Source: a virus
Lineage: Duplodnaviria; Caudoviricetes
DNA: 64,000 bases
Direction: 5' to 3' (one strand)
Virus record (IMG/VR): IMGVR_UViG_3300036803_000075
Span: 32,001-96,000 of that record
Shown: piece by piece, positions 1 to 8,003 of the stretch
Layout: every line of letters begins with the position of its first letter
Position numbering within the stretch: position 1 is the first letter of the stretch
Program-made: the position numbers and the translations under genes
The notes under the pieces: generated by a model
What the model was told of the DNA's origin: nothing
The model's input: the letters and a program-made list of their open reading frames with translations, nothing else
Databases searched by the model: none

Positions 1-236
1 TTGAGCGCCCGGCGTACGGTCGGCTGGACGCTACCGAAGAACGACGGCAACCCCTTGAGGGCCACCTTCACCTGGTCTGTCAGGGTTTGCCTGCGGGGAA
101 CGTCTGGGAACGGCTGAGCGGACTCCACTGGCTCATCGTCCACCAGCGTCCGCAGTACCTCCGCGAGGGACTTGCCGTCCTTCAGCGCGATGGTTCCCTT
201 GCGGATACTGACCTCTAAGGCGGTGGTTCGTGACAT
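1..236 (-). CDS. Hypothetical protein (partial, runs off the left edge): MSRTTALEVSIRKGTIALKDGK...
   Basis: ATG at 236 preceded by GGGAGG SD, a CCAGAGAT motif and a TG-G-TATGAT extended -10; frame is open to the window edge. Confidence 0.7.
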   Translation of the reverse strand, partial: MSRTTALEVSIRKGTIALKDGKSLAEVLRTLVDDEPVESAQPFPDVPRRQTLTDQVKVALKGLPSFFGSVQPTVRRAL

Positions 237-351
237 CTTCCTGCCTCCCTTGGCTGGATCTCTGGCGTCAGGTGATCATACCAAGGAAACCAGGGGCGAG
301 GAAGAGAATCCCGGATACGGTTAGTACCCGGGATTCCTATACCTACGCAGT

Positions 352-651
352 TCAGAGGGGCTTGGTCGGGTCCACTGGAGGTACCACAGGCGCGGCCGGC
401 GGGTCGACAGCCAGCCGTACGGTGTGCTTGGCGTACCAGCCGGCCAGAAAGGTCAACCCGGCGGTCACCGCACCAGTCACGACCGTCACCAGGGCGGTCT
501 GGATGGCACTGGGCATCATCGCAATGAACGGCAGACTGCCCAGTGCGTACAAGATCAAAGACACCACGGCCGCCGTGATGCCACCGGACACGGTGGACCA
601 GACCACCTTGGATTCGATCTGATTGTCGAGCCGGGGGAGATTAAGGGACAT
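352..651 (-). CDS. Putative holin
   Basis: 99 aa with two hydrophobic helices, directly downstream of the endolysin. Confidence 0.7.
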   Translation of the reverse strand: MSLNLPRLDNQIESKVVWSTVSGGITAAVVSLILYALGSLPFIAMMPSAIQTALVTVVTGAVTAGLTFLAGWYAKHTVRLAVDPPAAPVVPPVDPTKPL

Positions 652-660
652 GGCCGCTCC

Positions 661-1782
661 TTACGGTGTCTGACCCAGGCATTTAGCCCAGAAGGCAGTG
701 GTGCAGATTCCCCGCTTGACCGAGTCGTCGTCTACGGGGATCCCCTGAGCCCGCGACCAGGCCATCACACACAGCCGCAGATCCTCGGTGAAGTAGCCGT
801 TGACTGCTTTGGAACCACCCGGCTGGACCCCGAAGTGGGCGGCATACGAGTAATGAACTCCATCAGCGGATGCCAGCGGCCATACCGTGAAGCCCATGAG
901 GTCCCGGACGAAGTTGACCCACAGCGACTGCAGGTAGTCGCTCTTGCCCGGACGAGTGCCAGAGCCGATCCAGACCTTGGCGGCGTTGGGTGCCGGCACC
1001 AGCCGGGCATCCCACGTGCTGTGGTGGACCACGCCATTGGAGTCCACCGACCGGATGACCACCGGCACGAGGATGCCGTAGACCGGTGGGTCGCCAGCCT
1101 TCCAGCCGCCGTGAGCGGCAATCTGAGCCACTGTCAGCGGCTTGTAGCTCGTGGTAGGAGTGCCGCCGCCGGGCTTCGCCAGAATGGCGTTCAGGTCCAC
1201 GCAGACATCAACGTCGCCCGGCCGGCCCGAACCCGGAATGCTGCCGGTCGAGGTGTACTGCCAGACCTTCCAGCCGGACATCGCCGGCCGCGCCGCCGAG
1301 GTGTAGTGCGCTACCCAGACCGGTACGTCAGCGGCCTTCCAGCCGGATCCGCCGCGTAGCTCGTTGTTGAAGAAGCTGGCCGAGCAGTAAACCGTCGGTG
1401 CGCACCCGAACTGGTTCCGACACTCAGCGATGAACGCGGCGGCAAATCCGGGAGCATTGGAGCTGCTCCAACCCGAGCCCTCGATGTCCAGTACCGGTCG
1501 GAGATCGCCCGGTTGCAGAACGCCGACTACCGAGCGCATGAAACGGACCTGCGCAACGGCGTTGCCAGGATGGGCGTAGTGATAGGCACCCACATGGATG
1601 CCCCGACCCCTGGCCTGGGCTGGGTATCCCCAGCTGACCCAGGCCGGTGACCGGTAGGTGGTCCCTTCGGTCGCCTTGATGTAGACGAAGTCCCAGTTGT
1701 ACGCGGACCAGTTGATGCCGGGGTCGTAGCCTGACACATCGGCGCCACGCCAGACCGTCATTCCCCGGAAGGCCACGGTCAT
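661..1782 (-). CDS. Endolysin, GH25 muramidase catalytic domain plus C-terminal putative cell-wall-binding domain
   Basis: GH25 motifs GADVSGY, FVYIKATEG, GAYHY, PVLDIE, VWVAHY, WQYTSTG, DVD. Confidence 0.92.
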   Translation of the reverse strand: MTVAFRGMTVWRGADVSGYDPGINWSAYNWDFVYIKATEGTTYRSPAWVSWGYPAQARGRGIHVGAYHYAHPGNAVAQVRFMRSVVGVLQPGDLRPVLDIEGSGWSSSNAPGFAAAFIAECRNQFGCAPTVYCSASFFNNELRGGSGWKAADVPVWVAHYTSAARPAMSGWKVWQYTSTGSIPGSGRPGDVDVCVDLNAILAKPGGGTPTTSYKPLTVAQIAAHGGWKAGDPPVYGILVPVVIRSVDSNGVVHHSTWDARLVPAPNAAKVWIGSGTRPGKSDYLQSLWVNFVRDLMGFTVWPLASADGVHYSYAAHFGVQPGGSKAVNGYFTEDLRLCVMAWSRAQGIPVDDDSVKRGICTTAFWAKCLGQTP

Positions 1783-1934
1783 GATGCATCACCCGTTCCC
1801 ATCCGACCCTCTTTGTCGTCGGAGATCGGAACGTCGTCGGGGTTGATCGGATCGAGATCTTCCACGTCATCGTCCGTGGGAAGTGGGTGATCTGGCTCCG
1901 GCTGTACGGACTCAGTGATGTCGACGCCTGACAT
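1779..1934 (-). CDS. Small acidic hypothetical protein (51 aa) heading the lysis cassette
   Basis: ATG at 1934 with GGAGG SD; stop overlaps the lysin start; follows a late-promoter motif. Confidence 0.6.
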   Translation of the reverse strand: MSGVDITESVQPEPDHPLPTDDDVEDLDPINPDDVPISDDKEGRMGTGDAS

Positions 1935-1952
1935 AAGACTGTCCTCCTGCCT

Positions 1953-1989
1953 CTCTAACCCTTCCGGGCCCTGAGGTTCAGGAGGACAG
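1953..1989 (-). promoter_or_regulatory. Putative late promoter CTGTCC-N19-GAAGGGTTAGAG (representative of 7 copies)
   Basis: Same bipartite motif with exact 19-nt spacing at about 23939-23975, 31576-31612, 42351-42387, 48660-48696, 53369-53405, 55869-55905, always upstream of lysis/structural genes. Confidence 0.7.
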
Positions 1990-2007
1990 TGCGATCAATT
2001 CAAACGA

Positions 2008-3945
2008 TCAACGGTAGAAGGCCTTGACTTCGTCCAGGCTGGTGGTCCGCTTTGCCGGCGGCAGCCCCCGCAGGATCTGGGAGCCCCAGCCGGTGGCGAG
2101 CCGGCTGTCCAGGATGGCAACAACCGCCCGGTCGTCAGTCCGGCGGATGGCCCGGCCGAAGGCCTGCAGCAGCACCAGAGTCATGTTCGGAATGGTCAGG
2201 CCGAAGAAGGACTTGCCACCGTTGCGCTCGAAGATCTCGGTGCGAGCCTCCACAATCGGGTCGCCTGGGATAGCGAACGGCATCTTGTCGATGACGACCA
2301 GCCGGCAGCACTCGCCCTCGAAGCTGACACCGGTCATGAAGCTCTTCAGCGCCAGGAGCACCGAGTTGGGCTCCTCGACCTTGCGCTGGGCCAGCTCCTT
2401 GTTGGTGAATCCCTCACCCTGCATGTAGACGGTGTAGCCCTTCTTGCGGAGCTTGGCACCGACCGTCTTGTACGACAGCTGCATGGACTCGTCGCTGGTA
2501 AACAGCAGCAGGGCGCCGCCGCCGGCAGCCTCCACCATCTCCTGGGTCATCGCGGTGGCGTAGGTGAGCCAGGCGCCCCGCAGCTTCGGGCTGGGAGCCT
2601 CCTTGGCCGGAGTGAACAGCAGCGCCTGCTTGCTGTAGTCGAACGGCGTTCCCACGTCCAGGGTGCGCGCGCCCTCCAGACCCAGCTTCTGGGAGACGAA
2701 GTCGAAGCGGTTGTTTACCGTCAGCGTGGCGCTCACCAGGACGGCGGAGACGCGCTCCCACAGCCAGGCCTTCAGGAACGGGGCCACCGAGATCGGAGAG
2801 GCCTTGAAGATCTTGACCTCGACCTCTTGGCCGCGCACCGTACGAGTCTCGGACTCGGTCCAGCGGACGTACTCGCTGTCGTCAGCGGAGACGACCTCGC
2901 CGAGATGGGTGGCGTAGTTGGAGGCCCGCTTGGCCAGCATCCGGCGCTTGATCTCACCCTTACGGGCATCGCCGTTGCGGATGTCCATCTGACGGATGGC
3001 CTTGGCCAACGACTGCAGTGCGTTGATCAGGTCGATCGGAGCGTCCTGGTTCTCCACGAACCAGGACAACGGCAGCCGGCGAGTGGAGGGGAGGGAGTCC
3101 CAGAATCGGTCCGCCGCGTCCATCACCCGGTTGCCGTGCTCGCTCTGCTGGTGCTGTGCCCGCTGGAAGCCGTCGACCTCGGTCAGCAGGTGCACGATGC
3201 CGGCCCGCTTGACCTCGAAGGTCAGCGCGTTGGTGACGATCTCCTCCAGCTCGTGGGCCTCGTCGATGATCACGGCGTCGTACTCGCCCAGCATGCTGAC
3301 CTCGCCGTCCGTCATCCGGCGGAGGTTGGTGTCGGTGGCCAGCAGCGCGGTGTTGGTCACGACCAGCTGGGCCTCTTTGGCCGCAGTCTTGGCCTTCTCG
3401 GCAAAACAGCCCTGGGCGAAGGGGCATTGGGTCTTACCAGGGCACTCGTTGGAGGTCGAGGCCAGTAGGCGGAACTGGTCCTTGGTGACCACGGTGGAGA
3501 AGTGCTCGCGGTCTCCCGAGTGCTCCGGATTGGCGTCCAGCTCGGCCCGCATCGCGTCCAGCGGCACCTTGGTCTTGTCGACGCTGGCGGCCTTGGCCTC
3601 GCAGAAGTAGTTGCTACGACCCTTCAGGAGAGCCCACTTGAACGGGACGCCCAGGTTGGCCTGAAGGAAGGGCACGTCCTTGTTGGCGTACTGCTCTTGG
3701 AGCGCGATCGTGGCGGTGGCGATGATGACCCGCAGACCGGACAGGATGGCGGGAATCATGGTGGCCAGCGACTTGCCGACACCGGTTCCGGCCTGCATGA
3801 GGCCCAAGGTCTGCTCCGCCAGTACCGCCTCGACGAACGTAGCGCCCTTGGTCTGCTGCGGCCGGCGCTCGTATCCAGGCAGTTTGGCCTTCAGCACCTT
3901 CTCGGCATCGGCGAAGTTGGTGGGGATGAGGGCGGTGGCGGTCAT
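2008..3945 (-). CDS. DinG/YoaA-family ATP-dependent helicase (Fe-S type)
   Basis: Q motif ERRPQQ, Walker A QAGTGVGKS, KGRSNYFC, Cys cluster, DEAH box, VLVSATL, QAFGRAIRR motif VI. Confidence 0.93.
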   Translation of the reverse strand: MTATALIPTNFADAEKVLKAKLPGYERRPQQTKGATFVEAVLAEQTLGLMQAGTGVGKSLATMIPAILSGLRVIIATATIALQEQYANKDVPFLQANLGVPFKWALLKGRSNYFCEAKAASVDKTKVPLDAMRAELDANPEHSGDREHFSTVVTKDQFRLLASTSNECPGKTQCPFAQGCFAEKAKTAAKEAQLVVTNTALLATDTNLRRMTDGEVSMLGEYDAVIIDEAHELEEIVTNALTFEVKRAGIVHLLTEVDGFQRAQHQQSEHGNRVMDAADRFWDSLPSTRRLPLSWFVENQDAPIDLINALQSLAKAIRQMDIRNGDARKGEIKRRMLAKRASNYATHLGEVVSADDSEYVRWTESETRTVRGQEVEVKIFKASPISVAPFLKAWLWERVSAVLVSATLTVNNRFDFVSQKLGLEGARTLDVGTPFDYSKQALLFTPAKEAPSPKLRGAWLTYATAMTQEMVEAAGGGALLLFTSDESMQLSYKTVGAKLRKKGYTVYMQGEGFTNKELAQRKVEEPNSVLLALKSFMTGVSFEGECCRLVVIDKMPFAIPGDPIVEARTEIFERNGGKSFFGLTIPNMTLVLLQAFGRAIRRTDDRAVVAILDSRLATGWGSQILRGLPPAKRTTSLDEVKAFYR

Positions 3946-4011
3946 GGTGTCCTCCTATTTAAATCTCTGGCAGGTCTCCAGATTAGCACAGCAGGAGCCA
4001 CCATGGGGACA

Positions 4012-4374
4012 TCATCCACCATGTTCCTGGAGCCAATGCCAGGTCGCCAGAGCCTCCTGTCGGAGTGTCCGAGCTGGATGTAGGACGACACCGCCGCCAC
4101 CATGACAAGTGCAGCGCCCTTCCAGATGATCTACCGACCCCACCGTCGAACGGATCAAGCACTCTTTGTGGGTATACCCGTGCTTGGGTGTCGGCTTACC
4201 ATCCTCATCCGTGGCGACGATCCCCATAGAGACGCCCGAGTCTTCCTCCCAGAACTGCTCCGCACACCACAGGCAAACCTCGCCCACCGGGACGGGGACT
4301 CGGTCATTCCACCGCAGATAGTTGTTGTCGTCGTAGCAGATACCGCTCGCCCACGGTTCGCCAAACCAAAGCAT
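4012..4374 (-). CDS. Hypothetical Cys/His-rich protein
   Basis: ORF with GAGG SD; CxxC...HxxC motifs. Confidence 0.6.
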   Translation of the reverse strand: MLWFGEPWASGICYDDNNYLRWNDRVPVPVGEVCLWCAEQFWEEDSGVSMGIVATDEDGKPTPKHGYTHKECLIRSTVGSVDHLEGRCTCHGGGGVVLHPARTLRQEALATWHWLQEHGG

Positions 4375-4390
4375 GATGCCCTCCTCAAAG

Positions 4391-4464
4391 AGCCGCCTGG
4401 AGGATTCGAACCCCCGACCAGCGCATTACGAGTGCGCTGCTCTACCAGGCTGAGCTAAGGCGGC
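4391..4464 (-). tRNA. tRNA-Thr(CGT)
   Basis: Reverse complement GCCGCCTTAGCTCAGCCTGGTAGAGCAGCGCACTCGTAATGCGCTGGTCGGGGGTTCGAATCCTCCAGGCGGCT folds as a canonical cloverleaf. Confidence 0.93.
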
Positions 4465-4533
4465 GAGTGATCCGACAGCGGTACGGGAATGGATATCGTC
4501 GGTTCTGTGGCCGCCGGATCAGTCCATAACAAA

Positions 4534-4563
4534 CACCTCGGAGACATCATTGTCTCCGAGGTG
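4534..4563 (-). terminator. Intrinsic terminator downstream of the Ro60 gene
   Basis: 13-bp inverted repeat CACCTCGGAGACA/TGTCTCCGAGGTG followed by TTTGTT on the minus strand. Confidence 0.65.
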
Positions 4564-4574
4564 CCTGGTTCCTG

Positions 4575-6170
4575 CTAGAACGGCCAGGTCGCAGACTGCC
4601 GAGCCTCCAGGAGGCCGATCATCTTGAACGTCTGGTCATTCATACCGCCAAACTCGTGGCGGTTGTCCTTGCCGGTTCCAACCTGGGTGTTGGCGTACCC
4701 ACCCAAGTTGAACCCATAGATCGGGATGTTCGCCGGCACCAGCGTGTCCGCCGGGTCGAGGGCAGAGCCTCCCCACGAGGAGCCGAAGGTCTGCATGTCG
4801 CTGATTACGACGACCCGCTGGTGTACGCCCCGCTTGAAGTGCGTCTTGAGTGCCCGGTGCATCTCCGTACCGTGACCGACCTCGCCGACCCGGTTGACGA
4901 ACCTCTCGACCTCCTTGAGCAGCGAACCGCCCTTGGGGATCTTGTGCGTGAACGTGCTGTTGGCGAAGCCGACCAGGTCCACGTCCTGACCCGCCTTGGC
5001 CAGCGCCACCCCGAAGATCGCCGCCGAGTGAACCGGCGAGACCTTGGAGCGCTCCGAGTACGTGCTGGTCATCGACGCCGAGGTGTCCACCAGGATCAGG
5101 GTCTTGCCGGACAGGGCCGGGATGTTCTGAACCGAGTGGGTCAGCGCCTCGTCCAGGGCCTGCCCCCACGCGAGGCTCGGAGCCGCCTGGTAAGCACTCC
5201 AAAACCGGTAGGGGAACTGCCGCGACCGAGCAACCTGCTCCGGATCGGAGAGACGCTCTGCGACGGCCTTACGAGCCGCCGGAGAGATCCCCGCCTCGTC
5301 GAAATTCCGAAGGTTCCGAAGCAGAGCCATGTAGCCCATCGACGGCGCGATTTTCTCCCAGACCTCAGCGTCCATCGGACCCTGGATCCAGCCCGAGATG
5401 GCCTCCCAGGTCATGCCAGCGTCCTTGAGCGTCTGCGGCGACATCTCCCGCAGTGCCTTCCGACGGTCAGCGACCGGAATCTCCTCCAGCTTGGTGCGCT
5501 GGAAGATCATCTTGAGCGAGTCCGGGACCTGGAGATCCGCCCGGTTGTGGCGCTTGTCGAGCAGGTACTTGTACAGGTCGGACTTCCAGGGCGCGACCGG
5601 CTGCGGGTGTACGAGGTCGATCACGTCGGCCATCCGGAAGGCCCGGGACTGGCCGTCGTACTTCATCGACGAGTACTCGTTGTAGACCTTGTCCACCGCG
5701 TCCGCGACACCGCGCTTGAGACCACCAGAGACCTTGTAGCCCATGGTCTGGGCGTACGCGAGGATCTCAGCCGGCTCATCCGCCCGAGACACCGCACTGG
5801 CGATGACACCCCGGGGCAGCGGGCCACCGGCCTTGGCGTACTCCACCGCAGCGACGATCGAGGCCGAACGCATGTTGGCCTCGTTGCGGAGCCAGGGGAT
5901 CAGCCGGCGGATCCAGTCCGGGTCTTCCTTGGTGACCTGGCGAACGAGATCCCGGAAGCGCCGGTCGCGGTCTCCGGCCTTCTCGTAAAACGAGTCTTCA
6001 CCCACCATGTTGACCACGGCGAGCATGAACAGGTCGGACTTAGCGTCCCGCGAATACGCGGTCGCGCCCTCATACGAGATGGCGTCCGCACCGGTTGCCT
6101 GCACCGGACTGGTGAGCGTCGCGGTCGCGCCGCGCGCCTTGGCCTTCGAGTCGAACTTACCCATGATCAT
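4575..6170 (-). CDS. Ro60/Rsr-like TROVE-domain RNA-binding protein with C-terminal vWA domain
   Basis: TROVE signatures (SFYE, RADEPAE, MADVIDLVHP, TWE, MGYMALLRNLRNF, SRQFPYRFWSAY); vWA MIDAS LILVDTSASM, GHGTE, VVISDMQ. Confidence 0.93.
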   Translation of the reverse strand: MIMGKFDSKAKARGATATLTSPVQATGADAISYEGATAYSRDAKSDLFMLAVVNMVGEDSFYEKAGDRDRRFRDLVRQVTKEDPDWIRRLIPWLRNEANMRSASIVAAVEYAKAGGPLPRGVIASAVSRADEPAEILAYAQTMGYKVSGGLKRGVADAVDKVYNEYSSMKYDGQSRAFRMADVIDLVHPQPVAPWKSDLYKYLLDKRHNRADLQVPDSLKMIFQRTKLEEIPVADRRKALREMSPQTLKDAGMTWEAISGWIQGPMDAEVWEKIAPSMGYMALLRNLRNFDEAGISPAARKAVAERLSDPEQVARSRQFPYRFWSAYQAAPSLAWGQALDEALTHSVQNIPALSGKTLILVDTSASMTSTYSERSKVSPVHSAAIFGVALAKAGQDVDLVGFANSTFTHKIPKGGSLLKEVERFVNRVGEVGHGTEMHRALKTHFKRGVHQRVVVISDMQTFGSSWGGSALDPADTLVPANIPIYGFNLGGYANTQVGTGKDNRHEFGGMNDQTFKMIGLLEARQSATWPF

Positions 6171-6177
6171 TTCTCCT

Positions 6178-6200
6178 TCCGAGAACAGAACCGCATCGGA
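6178..6200 (-). promoter_or_regulatory. Minimal Y-RNA-like stem abutting the Ro60 ribosome-binding site
   Basis: UCCGAUGCG-GUUCU-GUUCUCGGA has the same terminal motif as the Y-RNA-like elements and overlaps GGAAGGAG. Confidence 0.6.
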
Positions 6201-6265
6201 TAAAATGGAGCTGAAAGGGACGGTGCAATCCTGGGTATCGCAACACTAATGGTCCCTAAAGGTTC

Positions 6266-6336
6266 TGCCGAGAACCAAGCTGGCAATGGGGTTGGTTTCA
6301 TTAACAGTGAAGTACCCAGCGCCATACGCATCGACA
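6266..6336 (-). ncRNA. Y-RNA-like element 1 (short; carries an anticodon-like stem-loop)
   Basis: Terminal stem UGUCGAUGCG...GUUCUCGGCA, GGUACUUC motif, UUCA-CUGUUAA-UGAA hairpin. Confidence 0.7.
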
Positions 6337-6342
6337 AAACAG

Positions 6343-6492
6343 AGCCCCAGATGAGGGTTGAACTCACCTCTAAGGCACACCTAGCGGCGCCGACGTAGGG
6401 CTACTACGCGCTACCTCTATCAACCAGTGTGCCCAGAGTCGCCCTTCGGAAGGTGGCTGATCAACCACCCGTATACCGACCGCGACCGAGGC
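6343..6492 (-). ncRNA. Candidate ~150-nt tRNA-like RNA with a long helical insertion
   Basis: Acceptor-like stem GCCUCGG/CUGGGGC, T-arm GUGAG-UUCAACC-CUCAU, internal helix CUCUGGGCACAC/GUGUGCCUUAGAG. Confidence 0.45.
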
Positions 6493-6498
6493 ATGGGG

Positions 6499-6629
6499 TC
6501 CGCTGAGGACAGGTGCTGCAGGAGATGCATTAGGCCGCTCTGCCACGACCAACCCCACAGGGCTGGCGGAGGGATTCGAACCCTCGATTCCTGTTGAAAG
6601 AAGTAACCCGCGTGCGACGCTTCAGCGGA
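6499..6629 (-). ncRNA. Y-RNA-like element 2 (YrlA-type tRNA mimic)
   Basis: UCCGCUGAAGCG...GGUUACUUC...T-arm GAGGGUUCGAAUCCCUC, loop-closed acceptor stem, D-arm UGGCAGAGCGGCCUAAUGC...GUCCUCAGCGGA. Confidence 0.85.
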
Positions 6630-6657
6630 AGCAAAACTATGGAGTTATCAAGTTGGA

Positions 6658-6789
6658 CGGAGCTGAGTACCAATCGAGAAAGGTAACGTAGCGTGCGGCC
6701 ATTACACTACAGACCGAAGTCCGCTGGGATTCGAACCCAGACTGCCCTTTTATCAGAAGGAAGTAACCCATCTCTGCGCTTCAGCACCG
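6658..6789 (-). ncRNA. Y-RNA-like element 3 (permuted tRNA mimic with a GAU anticodon-like loop)
   Basis: GCUGAAGCG...GGUUACUUC-CUU-CUGAUAA-AAGG, T-arm CUGGGUUCGAAUCCCAG, acceptor closed by UUCG, D-arm UAGUGUAAUGGCCGCAC...GUACUCAGC. Confidence 0.85.
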
Positions 6790-6811
6790 AAGCTATGGAG
6801 TTGTTGTGGTT

Positions 6812-6946
6812 GTCGCTGAGAACCAAGTCGATCTAGGACTTGAGCCTGCTGCTCTACCAATTGAGCTACACCCCGAAGGGTGACCGGACTTGAACCGGCA
6901 ACACGCAGATTAGGTTAGAAGTAACCCAGATCTCCGCATCAGCGAC
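6812..6946 (-). ncRNA. Y-RNA-like element 4 (YrlA-type tRNA mimic)
   Basis: GUCGCUGAUGCG...GGUUACUUC...GCCGGUUCAAGUCCGGU-CACCC-UUCG-GGGUG-UAGCUCAAUUGGUAGAGC...GUUCUCAGCGAC. Confidence 0.88.
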
Positions 6947-7013
6947 GAAGTCTTACTCCTGGCGACGAGTAACCCATGGGCATCGTTCATTACTTAGTCG
7001 CCAGGAAATTGGT

Positions 7014-7145
7014 GCTGCTGAGTACAGGTTGACCAGCGGTTGGACCCGGTGCACCGGAGGACCGGGTGGTGGGTATCTCGACCCACCCTTGCGTAAGAGC
7101 CCTGGGGCTCTGGTGAGAAGTAACCGATGACCGCGCTTCAGCAGC
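7014..7145 (-). ncRNA. Y-RNA-like element 5 (divergent internal domain)
   Basis: GCUGCUGAAGCG...GGUUACUUC...GUACUCAGCAGC terminal stem; several internal hairpins including a degenerate T-arm GUGGGUCGAGAUACCCAC. Confidence 0.75.
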
Positions 7146-7161
7146 GTTCATGCTTTGGGGT

Positions 7162-7300
7162 TGATGCCGAGAACCAAACGATGCAGGTACGTACGCGCGC
7201 TACCAATTGCGCCATCGCCCGAAGGAGCCGGGCGACCTGGACTCGAACCAGGAACCTCGTCATCCGATATGAAGTATCCCGCAAACACACATCGGCATCA
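7162..7300 (-). ncRNA. Y-RNA-like element 6 (YrlA-type tRNA mimic)
   Basis: UGAUGCCGAUGUG...GGAUACUUC...CCUGGUUCGAGUCCAGG, closed acceptor, D-arm UGGCGCAAUUGGUAGCGC...GUUCUCGGCAUCA. Confidence 0.85.
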
Positions 7301-7394
7301 CAATATGGAGTTGTGAAAGTGCTAGGAGGTGCAGCCGGGGGTCTAGCTGTCGACTCCGTGGAGTCCGTCGCCGGTCCCCCTGGCTGCGAGTGCA

Positions 7395-7423
7395 ACCCTG
7401 TCATCGCTTCAAACGGTTGTCAA
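7395..7423 (-). promoter_or_regulatory. Sigma70-type promoter for the Y-RNA/Ro60 operon
   Basis: TTGACA-17 nt-CAGGGT with a TG extension, pointing into the Y-RNA array. Confidence 0.55.
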
Positions 7424-7710
7424 CCCGTTTTGGCATCCGGGATTAAAAAATCTTGGTGGAGGACATCCTTCATCAGCTCGTCTATGGCCGCGACCACCAG
7501 ATCCTGCGAGTCAGCCACATGGACCACCTCCAGTTCCACCTTGGCATCGGACCGCGCCGGACCCAGGGTAATCCCCAGATCGATCTGCCGGAGGAACTGG
7601 TGTCCCTCGCACAGGTCGTACGCCCGATCCATCAGCTCGTCCGCCTGCTCTTCGGTGAGGCCAGCGGGCTCCAGATACGTCAGCACCATGAATTTCAGCT
7701 CTTCGTCCAC
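7420..7710 (-). CDS. Hypothetical acidic protein
   Basis: 96-aa ORF with protein-like composition between the tRNA-Leu and the Y-RNA promoter. Confidence 0.6.
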   Translation of the reverse strand: MDEELKFMVLTYLEPAGLTEEQADELMDRAYDLCEGHQFLRQIDLGITLGPARSDAKVELEVVHVADSQDLVVAAIDELMKDVLHQDFLIPDAKTG

Positions 7711-7711
7711 G

Positions 7712-7785
7712 TGCTCCCGACAGGAGTCGAACCTGCAAACAACTGGGCTTGAGCCAGCCGGCTATGCCATTTCGCCTACGGAAGC
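7712..7785 (-). tRNA. tRNA-Leu(CAA), short variable loop
   Basis: GCTTCCG-TAGGCGAAATGGCATAGCCG-GCTGG-CTCAAGC-CCAGT-TGTT-T-GCAGGTTCGACTCCTGT-CGGGAGC-A. Confidence 0.8.
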
Positions 7786-7835
7786 GAGAGACGCGATGGG
7801 TTATTGGGTATCGCAGGCCGTCTGGCATCTCTCTG

Positions 7836-7909
7836 TAGCGGGGGCCAGATTTGAACTGGCGACCTACGGGTTATGAGCCCGCCGAGCTACCAAACTGCTC
7901 CACCCCGCC
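7836..7909 (-). tRNA. tRNA-Met(CAT), initiator-like
   Basis: GGCGGGGTGGAGCAGTTTGGTAGCTCGGCGGGCTCATAACCCG...; three consecutive G-C pairs in the anticodon stem, typical of tRNA-fMet. Confidence 0.92.
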
Positions 7910-8003
7910 AAGACCTGGCCCCGCCGAACGAGTACCAGGTGGTACGCGCCGGTTGCCTAAGCCGGCGGTTTGTGACTAGGTCACAGGCTGACTGACGATA
8001 CCA

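Noticed and set aside
6499-7300. Y-RNA-like elements as ordinary tRNA genes
   Set aside because: Arm order is permuted and the acceptor stem is closed by a loop, so there is no chargeable 3' end
7127-7876. 249-aa plus-strand ORF
   Set aside because: Antisense to a Y-RNA element, a CDS and two tRNAs; shadow ORF
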